Source of the DNA: an uncultured virus (IMG/VR IMGVR_UViG_3300033066_001967)
Lineage: Duplodnaviria > Heunggongvirae > Uroviricota > Caudoviricetes
Strand: one strand, 5' to 3'
DNA: 20,000 nt
IMG/VR virus record: IMGVR_UViG_3300033066_001967
The notes below the pieces were generated by a model. It saw nothing but the letters and a program-made list of their open reading frames with translations. It ran no database searches and was not told where the DNA came from. Below, one piece after another: positions 1 to 8,488 of this stretch (positions are counted from its first letter, which is position 1; each line of letters starts with the position of its first letter). The position numbers and the translations under genes are program-made.

Positions 1-364
1 TGTTGTCCATCACCTGCACGTCGGACTCGTCGCCGTCGACGAACGGGTAGTAGAGCAGGTAGTCGAGCAGGATGTACTGCCCAACGAGCGCAGCTGTAGG
101 AGTTTGCAGCGTCACGCAGTCGAGGTGCTTGCGGCTCGGCGTCTTGTCGGAGCCGTGGAAGATGCCACGGAAGCTATCGAGCGTGGCGGCTACGAGCGGC
201 GAGCTGGCGTAATAGTTCGGCGGCGGGTTGCCGGCGGCCATCGACAGGTCTACCCACCAGTTTGCGACGGTGGCTTGCGATGGAACCTTACGGAAGCTGC
301 ACACGCTCATCTGCCCGTTGACGGCAGCGGCGGCGTACTCCCCGTAGTTCGCAAACCCGGGCAT
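1..364 (-). CDS. Hypothetical phage protein, possibly virion-associated (3' end outside window)
   Basis: Manual translation from ATG at 364: MPGFANYGEYAAAAVNGQMSVCSFRKVPSQATVANWWVDLSMAAGNPPPNYYASSPL...LLDYLLYYPFVDGD; open to the window edge; starts immediately after the TAA (366-368) of the upstream gene. Not in the ORF track. Confidence 0.75.
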   Translation of the reverse strand, partial: MPGFANYGEYAAAAVNGQMSVCSFRKVPSQATVANWWVDLSMAAGNPPPNYYASSPLVAATLDSFRGIFHGSDKTPSRKHLDCVTLQTPTAALVGQYILLDYLLYYPFVDGDESDVQVMDN

Positions 365-365
365 G

Positions 366-539
366 TTACCCGGCCACCTGCGACTCGCCGGTGGCGGTCG
401 CGCTGATGTCGGCGAGCACGCCGGACGTCTCGTGCTTGCACGCGCGGTCGATTTTGCCGTCAACGACGACGGCGCGCTCGCCGCACTCGGCGCACTTGTA
501 CTTCACATTGTTGCGTAGTGGGTCGGTTGCGTTTTTCAT
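366..539 (-). CDS. Small hypothetical protein (57 aa) with CxxC...CxH putative zinc site
   Basis: Manual translation MKNATDPLRNNVKYKCAECGERAVVVDGKIDRACKHETSGVLADISATATGESQVAG*; ATGA overlap with the upstream stop at 536-538. Confidence 0.65.
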   Translation of the reverse strand: MKNATDPLRNNVKYKCAECGERAVVVDGKIDRACKHETSGVLADISATATGESQVAG

Positions 540-709
540 TTCTTCCTCAGGCTCGCGAGCAGCTCTTTGAATTGCTCGTCCAGTTGCTTGTAGTCCTCGA
601 ACGGCACCCAGTTATCTTCATCGGCGAGGTAGTCCCGGTAGAGCACGACGTCGCCGGCCTCGTCTGGAACGAGCGTGCCGTTCTCGTCAATGCGGTAGCG
701 CGGTATCAT
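536..709 (-). CDS. Small acidic hypothetical protein (57 aa)
   Basis: C-terminal part of ORF 536..1120 from ATG 709 (MIPRYRIDENGTLVPDEAGDVVLYRDY...); ATGA overlaps at both ends. Confidence 0.65.
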   Translation of the reverse strand: MIPRYRIDENGTLVPDEAGDVVLYRDYLADEDNWVPFEDYKQLDEQFKELLASLRKK

Positions 710-1140
710 GCCTCGGTCACCGTCAGAGCGCCTGCCGCGAACTGCGGCTGAATCAAGTTCGCGACGGCAAGCGACGCGTTGAGCGCGCCAGCGTAGAGCA
801 CCTTGCCTGCGCCCGAGGACGCCGTGCCGATGGCAACGTGCGTGATGGTCGCACCGCTGACACCGCACTGGGCGAATTGAATCAGCGCAGCATTCTGCGT
901 GGCGCCGCCGCTCGGGATTGCCCACCCGGACGTCGTGCGAACGACAGCGACGCGTACGTAGTTCGTGTACGCCGTCTCGTTGGTGAGCTGCGAGCCGCCG
1001 ACGCCGGGGTTCGCCGTGTGCAACGACAGGTAGAGGTTCCCTAGTGGGGACGAGCCTGCGTTGTCGGCGATGTTCGCCCAGTTCGTGGCGTTGAAAATCA
1101 AGGCGAGCAGGTCGTTGCATGCGTTCGTTGCTTTAGGCAT
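706..1140 (-). CDS. Putative phage virion protein (tail fibre/accessory-like beta-rich domain)
   Basis: LYLSLHTANPG, NETAYTNYVRVAV and ITHVAIGTASSGAGKVLYAGAL resemble a widespread phage structural family; ATG at 1140 forms a TGATG overlap with the upstream stop. Confidence 0.7.
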   Translation of the reverse strand: MPKATNACNDLLALIFNATNWANIADNAGSSPLGNLYLSLHTANPGVGGSQLTNETAYTNYVRVAVVRTTSGWAIPSGGATQNAALIQFAQCGVSGATITHVAIGTASSGAGKVLYAGALNASLAVANLIQPQFAAGALTVTEA

Positions 1141-1370
1141 CACCATCCTCCGGGAAAGTAACTGTTGCCCGAGCCGCCGCCGCCGCCCGAGTTGTCGTCC
1201 ACGTACTTCTTCGTCGCTGCATCTTGGTCTGCCGTAGGGTTTAGCAGATTCACTATCTTGAAACCATTGGCGTTTAGGTTCGCGCTCAGCGGGTTGGTGA
1301 CCGCGCCACCTCCGGTGTCGACCAGGTCGAACTTGCCGGAGAGCGCGTTGAAGAGGAACTTCAGTGCCAT
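1140..1370 (-). CDS. Small protein with tail-fibre/trimeric-adhesin neck-like motif
   Basis: KIVNLLNPTADQDAATKKYVD matches the DAATKxYVD repeat of phage fibres; Gly-rich linkers; coupled to both neighbours. Confidence 0.65.
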   Translation of the reverse strand: MALKFLFNALSGKFDLVDTGGGAVTNPLSANLNANGFKIVNLLNPTADQDAATKKYVDDNSGGGGGSGNSYFPGGW

Positions 1371-1606
1371 TACGTGCGCTCCACCTTGATGAGGTTGCCG
1401 CCGCTGTAGGTGAGCGTGAGCGTTGCGACCGTCACCGTCGCGAGCTTGTAGACGACGGTGGTCAGGTCGCTGCCCGTGTAGCCCAGCTCGATGGTGTCGA
1501 AGTTCGCCGGGGTGAGCACGGAGTTGATGCTCGTAAGCAGCGCGCCCTGCGCGTCCACCTTCGCCACGAACGCATCGTCGTCACCTGTGATTTGCGCTAG
1601 GCTCAT
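1370..1606 (-). CDS. Small hypothetical beta-rich protein, probably virion-associated
   Basis: ATG at 1606 in ATGA overlap with the gpF-like stop; Thr/Val-rich (TVVYKLATVTVATLTLTYSGGNL). Confidence 0.65.
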   Translation of the reverse strand: MSLAQITGDDDAFVAKVDAQGALLTSINSVLTPANFDTIELGYTGSDLTTVVYKLATVTVATLTLTYSGGNLIKVERT

Positions 1607-2490
1607 GCAACCCTCAGAACAGTGGAGCACTCGCAGTGCGGGTGCGCCGGTGGCCCTTTGATGACGCGTCCGTCAACCGGCGAGACCCAGTGCCCGTCGA
1701 GCTTCACGCGAATGCCGTCGAGCTTCTTGCACAGGTCCTTGCACGCGCTCGCGCTCGCGACCCACTCCTTCTTGGCGTTGTCGGAGATAAGCCCGTCGCT
1801 GCGCGCTACTTGCCACGCTGTGTCGCGGGCCTGGGTCTCGATAGCGACAGTCTCGGTGCGTGCGATTCTCTCAGCGCGTTTTTGGTGAAGCTCGTCGGAG
1901 TAGCGAGCGACCGCAGTTTGGATTTTCCGCTCAGGTACGCCAGCAGCTCGCATGGCATCTTCCCTGCGGAAGACTGCGGTGCTCTCTCGGTCGGTGAGTC
2001 CGACGACCCACTTGATGTCGCGTATGACGTTCTCTGGCCTGACGTCAGGGTCAAAACGCATTGCGAGCGTGTTCCGCAGGTTGTCTCGCTGCTCGTCTCC
2101 AATACCCACGACGAGGTCTGCTGAACGGTTGAAGATAAATGTATCATCGTGAGGCACCTCCGCGAAGCGATTGAGCGCCGGCTCCTTCGCCTTCGCCACG
2201 CGTATGCCGGAGCCCACGCGCGCGTACTCTTTGTCGGCGCTGAACTTGAACGCGTTCTTCAGCGCGCCGTTCATCACATGCACGAGCCCCGCCTTGATTT
2301 CGGCGCTGCGCGCGTCACGGGGGTCGGCAAGGTTGGGCAGCGCCGCAAGCGCGCCGTTCAAGTCGCGGCGCTGCAATGCGCTCAGCATATCACGAAGCAC
2401 GTCTGGAGTGAGCATTGCGTGCGCGAGGGCGCGCCAGACCTCGGCGATGCGCGCTACGACGCGCGGGTCCGGTGGACGCGCAACACTCAC
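1603..2490 (-). CDS. Phage head morphogenesis / minor capsid protein (Mu gpF / SPP1 gp7-like)
   Basis: RAERIARTE, KKEWVA and C-terminal GPPAHPHCEC motifs; directly after portal; GTG at 2490 in GTGA overlap with the portal stop. Confidence 0.85.
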   Translation of the reverse strand: MSVARPPDPRVVARIAEVWRALAHAMLTPDVLRDMLSALQRRDLNGALAALPNLADPRDARSAEIKAGLVHVMNGALKNAFKFSADKEYARVGSGIRVAKAKEPALNRFAEVPHDDTFIFNRSADLVVGIGDEQRDNLRNTLAMRFDPDVRPENVIRDIKWVVGLTDRESTAVFRREDAMRAAGVPERKIQTAVARYSDELHQKRAERIARTETVAIETQARDTAWQVARSDGLISDNAKKEWVASASACKDLCKKLDGIRVKLDGHWVSPVDGRVIKGPPAHPHCECSTVLRVA

Positions 2491-4346
2491 TTGGGCAAGC
2501 CGCCCGGCAGGTGCTCCCCGACGATGTCGTCCGCGCCCTTGGTAGGCACGCCCGGCGGCTTGGGTCCGCCTCCGAACGGCGTGGTCGGCGCTGCCGGCGT
2601 GGGCTTGAAGCCGGCGCCAGCGGAGCCCATGACCTTCTCGGCGTCTTCGACGGAGAGGCGGAAGCCGATTTGCAGTTGGGCGATGCCGGAGTCGCGAGGG
2701 ATGGTTCCCTCGGTGACGGCCTGCACGACCGCGAGCATGCCCGCGAGCTGCGCGCCGTTCATGGCCGTGTCGGCGAGCTTGGTGTCCGCCGGCACTGCGA
2801 CGCCTGCGACTGCGGGCGACGCGCCTGGCGGCGTCGTGGTGTTCGTGGGAGCCCCTGCCGCTGGCGCGCCTGGCTGCGCTTGTGCGCTCGGCAATCCACC
2901 AGGCAGGTGCTCGGCCACGAGTTGGTCGGCGGTTTTGACGCCGCCGCTTTCGCCCGGTGCGCCGCCTTGTTCTGCGGCACCAGGCAAACCGGTAGGTAGG
3001 TGTTCGGCAATGAGCTGGTCGGCGGTCTTCACGCCTTCGGCCGTTTGCGCCGCCTCGCTCTTGGCTTCGTACGGAAGGTTCGCGAGGTCGTAGATTTTCT
3101 GCTTGAGCTTCTCGCTCTCGGGGCCGACGAAGCCGACGAGGAAGAGCTTCTCCAAGAGCGTGCCGAGCTTCTCCAGGTCCGGCGTCTCGACATCGCCTCG
3201 CTTGAAGTGCGCGAAGTTGCGAGGGTCGAAGCAGTTCAGCTCCATGAGGTTGTCGACGGGACCTCGGTTGATGGTCTCCTCCATGTTGTCGAGGAGCGCG
3301 CCTAGCGCGAGACCGAAGAGGTTCGTCGCGCTGTCGTGCTGCGCGAAGCTGCCGACGGCGTTGCTCTGCACACCCATCTGCATGAACTGCGCGAGGAAGA
3401 CCTGGAGGATGTCCGTCTTGAACGAGTCCTTCACCTTCGTGATGTCGAGCGCGCGCTGGCCCGGCGACGCCATGAGCTTGAAGAGCCAACCGCTGTCGGT
3501 GCCGTCGGGGTTCTTCGACGATGGCACGAGCGCGAAGCCTCGCTCGTTGTTCTTCACCGCGCCGAGCATGCGCTCGACAGCGAGTCGCAGCGCTTTCTTC
3601 TCGGCGGGCGCGCCTGGGTTGAGGATGTCCGCCGGCACCTCCATCGTGGGCAAGCCGGTGAGGTCGCGCTCTATGCCGATAGCCTCGACGTCCTCGATGT
3701 GCTTGAGGCGCAGGTACGGGATGATGGCGTTGCGGAAGAGCGAGCGGCCCTCGGGGTTGTTCTTGAACTTCTCGGTGCGGAAGTGGACTAGGCGCTCGAT
3801 GGGAATGAACGTGTAGCGCGAGACGTAGTTGTCGCGCTGCCACATGCCCTTGAGGTCGAAGGTGTTCTTGTCGAACTCCCAGCGCTCGATGGAGTCCTGC
3901 GAGCGCAGCTCCATCTTGCGCCAGCCGATGAGGCCGTCCTCGTACTTCGAGTGAATCATCTTCACGTCAGGGTTGTGGCCCCGGCGCATCTTGTGAATGA
4001 CCTCCAGCTCGGCGTGCCCGAACTCCACCATCGAGAGGGCCTCGGCGATGAAGTCGTGCCACGTGTGCTCCATGTCGTCGCGACCGGTCTCCAAGAGCAT
4101 CGCGGAGCGCTCGGCCTCGGCGGCGTCGACGGGCTCCTTGGCTTGCTCGACGTTCCACGCCACCTGGCGCACGAGCGAGTGGAGCAGCGAGCGTATCGCG
4201 CCGGCCTGCGGGTTGTTGTGCGTGAACTCCTTGAACAGCTCCAGGCCGCGCGGGCCTTTGAGCTGGCGCATGAACTCTTCGAGGACATAGCCGCCTGTGC
4301 GATACAGACCGCTTGTGCCGAGGATGTCGAGGTTCATTTCAGCCAC
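2487..4346 (-). CDS. Phage portal protein (DUF935/Mu gp29-like) with low-complexity C-terminal extension
   Basis: 619 aa between terminase and gpF-like gene; LSMVEFGHAELE, NNPEGRSLFR and EAIGIERDLTGLP segments are typical of this portal type; AAAGGGA upstream of GTG start. Confidence 0.85.
   Translation of the reverse strand: MAEMNLDILGTSGLYRTGGYVLEEFMRQLKGPRGLELFKEFTHNNPQAGAIRSLLHSLVRQVAWNVEQAKEPVDAAEAERSAMLLETGRDDMEHTWHDFIAEALSMVEFGHAELEVIHKMRRGHNPDVKMIHSKYEDGLIGWRKMELRSQDSIERWEFDKNTFDLKGMWQRDNYVSRYTFIPIERLVHFRTEKFKNNPEGRSLFRNAIIPYLRLKHIEDVEAIGIERDLTGLPTMEVPADILNPGAPAEKKALRLAVERMLGAVKNNERGFALVPSSKNPDGTDSGWLFKLMASPGQRALDITKVKDSFKTDILQVFLAQFMQMGVQSNAVGSFAQHDSATNLFGLALGALLDNMEETINRGPVDNLMELNCFDPRNFAHFKRGDVETPDLEKLGTLLEKLFLVGFVGPESEKLKQKIYDLANLPYEAKSEAAQTAEGVKTADQLIAEHLPTGLPGAAEQGGAPGESGGVKTADQLVAEHLPGGLPSAQAQPGAPAAGAPTNTTTPPGASPAVAGVAVPADTKLADTAMNGAQLAGMLAVVQAVTEGTIPRDSGIAQLQIGFRLSVEDAEKVMGSAGAGFKPTPAAPTTPFGGGPKPPGVPTKGADDIVGEHLPGGLPK
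2490..3035 (-). repeat. Three imperfect peptide repeats in the portal C-terminus (K[TG]ADxxxxEHLPxGLP)
   Basis: GVKTADQLIAEHLPTGLPG (~2979-3035), GVKTADQLVAEHLPGGLPS (~2887-2942), TKGADDIVGEHLPGGLPK (~2490-2543). Confidence 0.85.
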
Positions 4347-4532
4347 GCTGGTTTCCCTTTAGGGTTGTCGGAGACGACGGCGTGCTGGCTGTACAGCTCT
4401 CGGCATGCGCCGAAAAGCAACGCTTCGGAGAATCTGCCACGGGTGCCACTACGTGCGCAATGGCGACGACGCTCAGGCCGGGTGACCGCCCTCCTGAGCG
4501 CCGTCTAGTCCGACGGCGTGTCTCTCGTCGGG
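4347..4532 (-). other. Hairpin-rich intergenic leader upstream of the portal gene
   Basis: Inverted repeats 4465-4477/4493-4505, 4445-4452/4457-4464 and 4510-4515/4526-4531; the mismatches become G-U pairs on the minus (sense) strand. Confidence 0.45.
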
Positions 4533-4994
4533 TTATGCTGTTGGAGGCTTGCCGACGGGAGTCTTCTCGTCGTCGGCGATGAGCGCCTCGTCTTTGGGAG
4601 CGCTTGACGCCTTGGGCGCGCGCTTCGTGATTGCGGTGTACATGACGAGCCACGCGCGCTGCATGATGCTCAACGGAGGCTTGCCGATTTGCGGAGTGTC
4701 GAAGCCGAGGAACTTTGCCTCGTGCTCGGGAACGAAGGCTATTTGCGGTTTGGTCCACTGCCATTGGACCGGCGAGAGGCAGTGCGTGCACACCATCGCG
4801 CCTTGGTTGCTCGACGCGAAGTTCACCTCGCGACACTGCGTGCAAACGCCGCGAAGAAGACCACCGGCGTGAAGCTTTACCGTGTTGCCTTCTTCGTCTT
4901 CGAGCTGCACGTAGTGGTGATTGCGCACCCACATGAAGCTTCTTACGTTCGCCGGCAACTTCGTCGTGACGAGCGTGATGTGTTTGTTCTTCAT
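4533..4994 (-). CDS. Hypothetical zinc-ribbon protein (153 aa)
   Basis: From ATG 4994 (MKNKHITLV...); CTQC...CTHC pair; the upstream part of track ORF 4533..5492 is a shadow of the terminase gene. Confidence 0.65.
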   Translation of the reverse strand: MKNKHITLVTTKLPANVRSFMWVRNHHYVQLEDEEGNTVKLHAGGLLRGVCTQCREVNFASSNQGAMVCTHCLSPVQWQWTKPQIAFVPEHEAKFLGFDTPQIGKPPLSIMQRAWLVMYTAITKRAPKASSAPKDEALIADDEKTPVGKPPTA

Positions 4995-5101
4995 TGCCCA
5001 GCTATCTACAGCACGCGCCGGGAATATTCTAGTTTGCAAAAACGCCACGGCACCGAAAACCTGCGACATGCCGGTCAAGCTAGCACACGAAAGGCACGCT
5101 G

Positions 5102-6391
5102 TCACACGATGCGATGCGGGGCCTCGCGCATGCCGCTGTCGAGGTCGAGCGCGTCGATTTGCATACCAGCGCCGAGCATCAACTCGGTGATGGCCCACAC
5201 GAGCGCGTCCATGCGGTCGGGCGACTTCGTGCTGATGCCCGGCACCCAAGTGCACATCTGCGACTCCAGCTTGGCGTGCATGCCGACGTGATGAATGCGT
5301 CCCTGCTCGTAGAGCGCGCTCACGGGCTCGGCACGCACGGCCTTGCCGCGCGAGGCGTGGACTTTCTTGTAGCTCACGTTGCGGTCGACGGCGCGGATGG
5401 TCACCTCGACCAAGTCGCCGCCGTTGTTCGCCTCGGCCACGATGCGGTCGGCCTTGTGCTTGTGGTACGCCTTCACCGCTTTGCGTGCCCATCCATCAGG
5501 CGAGAGCAGCTCGCTGATGTCCTCGATGATGTAGCCGTGCCCGTCGTCGCCGAGCCCGGCGATGACCATACCGCACTCGTCGCTGTCTTCGTTGCTCGTC
5601 GTGCTCGGGTCGATGGCCACGACAACGCGCCGCATGTACGGCGCGACCTTCACGCGATGCTCGTCGATGAGCGACTGCTTCCACAGCGCGCCGATGGTGT
5701 CGTCGAGAATGTCGGCGTGTAGCTCTTGCTGGCCGAGGCGCGTGCCTTCGTACTTGGCCACGATGCGCTTGAGGAAGTCTTCGGCGAGGTTGCCTTTGTT
5801 GTCGTACGTCGAGCCGCGCGTGACGTGCGTCGACTCGTCGGCCACGAGGTCGCGGATGATTTGCGTCGGGCGCGGCGTCGTCGACACGATGACGCGCGGG
5901 CGCTTGCCCAAGCGAAGGCCGAAGCGAAGGTTGTCCCACGCTTCGAGGTGCTTGAACGACGCCAGCTCGTCGGCCCACGCCGTGTCGAACTGCGGGCCGC
6001 GCAACTGGTCGGGCTCGTCGGCTGTGAACGTCGTGGCGATGCTTCCGTCGGGCCACGTGAGCCTGCGCTTCGATGGTTCGTAGATGGGCTTGTTCCACGG
6101 CGGACACACGGCGAGCAGCCCGCTCTCGCCTTCAATCATGACGTCACGCACCTCGCTGCTCGTGCGACCGAGCAATGCGATGCGCCGCGCCTTGCCGCGC
6201 TCGACGCGCGAGCGTATCCACTCCGCCGCCGTGCGCGTCTTGCCGAAGCCTCGACCCGCGAGCAGCAGCCACGTGTTCCATTTGCCTGCCGGTTCGAGCT
6301 GGTTCGGGCGTGCGTACGTCGTCGCCCAGTCGTAGAGCAACTCGGCGTTGACGTCCGCGCGCATGCGCTCCGCTGTGCTACTCGTCGTCAT
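5102..6391 (-). CDS. terL: Terminase large subunit
   Basis: Walker A AGRGFGKT, Walker B AWADE, STTP coupling motif, RNase H-like nuclease VAIDPS and SPDRMDA. Confidence 0.95.
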   Translation of the reverse strand: MTTSSTAERMRADVNAELLYDWATTYARPNQLEPAGKWNTWLLLAGRGFGKTRTAAEWIRSRVERGKARRIALLGRTSSEVRDVMIEGESGLLAVCPPWNKPIYEPSKRRLTWPDGSIATTFTADEPDQLRGPQFDTAWADELASFKHLEAWDNLRFGLRLGKRPRVIVSTTPRPTQIIRDLVADESTHVTRGSTYDNKGNLAEDFLKRIVAKYEGTRLGQQELHADILDDTIGALWKQSLIDEHRVKVAPYMRRVVVAIDPSTTSNEDSDECGMVIAGLGDDGHGYIIEDISELLSPDGWARKAVKAYHKHKADRIVAEANNGGDLVEVTIRAVDRNVSYKKVHASRGKAVRAEPVSALYEQGRIHHVGMHAKLESQMCTWVPGISTKSPDRMDALVWAITELMLGAGMQIDALDLDSGMREAPHRIV

Positions 6392-6923
6392 CGTCTTCGA
6401 CGCGCATCTTGTCGCGCAGCTTCATGAGCAGCGCTTGCTCTTCAGGCGTGAGCTTGCTCGGGTCCACCTTCGCGCCGCGCACCACGAGCGGTTTGTTCTC
6501 GTCGCCAGTCAGCTCCAGCGAGTCCTTGCGCGCCCACTTCTTGGGATTCTTCCGTTCGAGCCGCCACGCCGCCGCCTGCCAGTGCTTGCGCGCGTGGTTC
6601 GCCATGTGGAGCACGTCGCGCGACTCCGCCTCCGCCGCCGCGTGCTCTACTGCGTCAGCTAGGGCCTTGAACGGCTCCTCGCCTTTGCCGCCGCGCAGCA
6701 GCCACTTGTAGAACGTGTCCTTGCTGATTCCGCACGCGCGCGCGGCTACCTCGGCGTAGTTGCCGACCTTGATGAGCGTGACGAGCTTGCGTTGCAGTTC
6801 GGGCGTGAGCAGCGTCTCTCCCGCCGCCTTGTTCGGGTTCTTCTTCTCCGGCTTCTGGTGGTTGCCGCTCGGCTTCGAGCGCTTGTACCGCGCGCCGTCG
6901 GTGGGTCCGTTTCTCTTCGCCAT
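6378..6923 (-). CDS. terS: Terminase small subunit
   Basis: HTH-like AARACGISKDTFYKW and WQAAAWRLER; overlaps the terL start; GAGAGGAG upstream of ATG 6923. Confidence 0.8.
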   Translation of the reverse strand: MAKRNGPTDGARYKRSKPSGNHQKPEKKNPNKAAGETLLTPELQRKLVTLIKVGNYAEVAARACGISKDTFYKWLLRGGKGEEPFKALADAVEHAAAEAESRDVLHMANHARKHWQAAAWRLERKNPKKWARKDSLELTGDENKPLVVRGAKVDPSKLTPEEQALLMKLRDKMRVEDDDDE

Positions 6924-6945
6924 GGGTGAGGGTGCTCCTCTCCCC

Positions 6946-6974
6946 AGTGTGCCGCGCGCGCGGCGCGCGGTCAA
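6946..6974 (-). promoter_or_regulatory. Putative sigma70-like promoter for the terminase genes
   Basis: Minus strand TTGACC (6974-6969), 17 nt spacer, CACACT (6951-6946), followed by a purine-rich RBS. Confidence 0.4.
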
Positions 6975-6977
6975 CCG

Positions 6978-8099
6978 CTAGCCGAGCCACTGCTCGCGGA
7001 TGGCGAGCGCAATGCGCTGCATGAGGAACGGAGGCACGCTCATCCCGCACACGTAGTGCGGGTGCTCGTCGCCGAAGTCGTAGTCCTCGGGGAATGAGCT
7101 TACCCTGATGACCTCCGCCCTGTTGAGCAGCCTGCGATGCGCCCAGTGCCAGATGGATGGGCACGCTTGCAGCGTGTGCGCCGGGCGGAACGGGCTCGCC
7201 TTGCGCATGAAGCCGAACGTCTGCCCCGTGCGCATCACCTTCGTGGTGCCGCCGGGCTCGGCGAGACCCCAGCGCGGGTTGCTCGTCGCGTGCTTGCCGA
7301 CCTCCGCGCCGTTCCACTTCTTCTTGCGCTCGGGGTGGCCGGGCGTCTCGATGCGGTCCTCCGGCAGGTTTGCGAACGCCTTCTTCAGCGGGATGCGCTC
7401 CTCCTCCATCACGAGCTTGAGCGGAGGGAGCCCGAGGTCCTTCCTTCGCGCGACGAACACCACGCGCTCGCGCACCTGCGGCACGCCCGCGCGGCTCGCG
7501 TCGACGAGGAAGAGCTGCGGCTCGTAGCCCAGCCGCCTGAACGTCTCCATCACCTCGCGCACGTAACCCTTGGCGTTGCCGGCGAGCATGCCCTTGACGT
7601 TCTCGGCGACGACGACCTTCGGCCGCAGCTTCGCGGCCACCTTGAGGAACTGGCCGAAGAGGTCGTCGAGCACCTGCACCGCCTGCCCCTCGCGGAACTT
7701 CGACGCCGTGCCCCACTTCTTCTCGCGCGCGCCGGCCATCGAGAACGAGCTGCACGGCGGCGAGCCGTCGAGCACGTCCAGCTCGAACAGCTCCTTCGGC
7801 AGGAGCTTGTCGTCCGTGCCGGCGAACTCCTCGACGCCCATGAGGTACTCGTGCTCGGGCGCGTGGTTGCGCACGTAGAGCGCGCTCATGCGCTTGTCTA
7901 TCTCGACGCCGCCGAGCACGCGGCAGCCGGCGAGCTTGTAGCCCATCGTCGAGCCTCCGCCGCAGTGGAAGCAGGAGAACACCGTCGGGCCCTTCAGCGG
8001 CGGGTAGTCTTCCTTGGTCCACTGGCCCGTGCGCTTCCTCGGAAGTGCGCCGCGAGCCGCGCCTCCAACCTTAGCGGCTGCTTTGTCTCGTGCTCCCAT
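6978..8099 (-). CDS. dcm: DNA (cytosine-5) methyltransferase
   Basis: Motif I variant FSCFHCGGG, catalytic GSPPCSSFS, AENVKG, PQVRER, C-terminal GMSVPP. Confidence 0.92.
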   Translation of the reverse strand: MGARDKAAAKVGGAARGALPRKRTGQWTKEDYPPLKGPTVFSCFHCGGGSTMGYKLAGCRVLGGVEIDKRMSALYVRNHAPEHEYLMGVEEFAGTDDKLLPKELFELDVLDGSPPCSSFSMAGAREKKWGTASKFREGQAVQVLDDLFGQFLKVAAKLRPKVVVAENVKGMLAGNAKGYVREVMETFRRLGYEPQLFLVDASRAGVPQVRERVVFVARRKDLGLPPLKLVMEEERIPLKKAFANLPEDRIETPGHPERKKKWNGAEVGKHATSNPRWGLAEPGGTTKVMRTGQTFGFMRKASPFRPAHTLQACPSIWHWAHRRLLNRAEVIRVSSFPEDYDFGDEHPHYVCGMSVPPFLMQRIALAIREQWLG

Positions 8100-8488
8100 A
8101 CGGTCAGAGTCTCCCAGCCGAGCGCTCTAAGCTCGGCGTCCTTGCGGGCGTCGCGCGCCCTGTTGTTGATGAACTTCGCGCGCCACGCGGCGGCGTTAGG
8201 TCCCTTGCACTTCCTCTCGCCGCAGCGAGGGCACGAGTGCCAGAAGCACCCGTGTACGAACACCGCCGTGCGCCCGACGATGAAGTCCGGCGTGCCCGGC
8301 AGCTTCCTGCGCACGGTCGAGAGCCCGAGCTTGCGCAGCACCCGGCCCACCACCTGCTCAGGCTTCGTGCCGCTCGTGCGCTGCCTGCGCATGCGCGCCG
8401 AGTGCTCAGTCGAAACGAAACGAGCAGCGGGGGCACTCGTGCTTCCCCTCGCCGAGGTCCTCTTCAGTGATTTCCTTCGCGCCTTCAT
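7994..8488 (-). CDS. vsr: Very short patch repair (T/G mismatch) endonuclease; start at 8488 or 8392
   Basis: SARMRRQRTSGTKPE, LPGTPDF, FVHGCFWH, NRARD and LGWETLTVWEHE are Vsr signatures; adjacent to a C5 methyltransferase. Confidence 0.9.
   Translation of the reverse strand: MKARRKSLKRTSARGSTSAPAARFVSTEHSARMRRQRTSGTKPEQVVGRVLRKLGLSTVRRKLPGTPDFIVGRTAVFVHGCFWHSCPRCGERKCKGPNAAAWRAKFINNRARDARKDAELRALGWETLTVWEHETKQPLRLEARLAAHFRGSARASGPRKTTRR

Noticed and set aside
2491..3843. Upstream 450 codons of ORF 1603..3843, suggesting a giant gpF or a portal-gpF frameshift fusion
   Set aside because: Arg/His-rich shadow translation of the portal frame; a clean GTGA-coupled start exists at 2490 and no slippery site was seen.
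6978..8488. Restriction-modification system
   Set aside because: The only adjacent nuclease has Vsr repair signatures; no restriction enzyme-like ORF is present.
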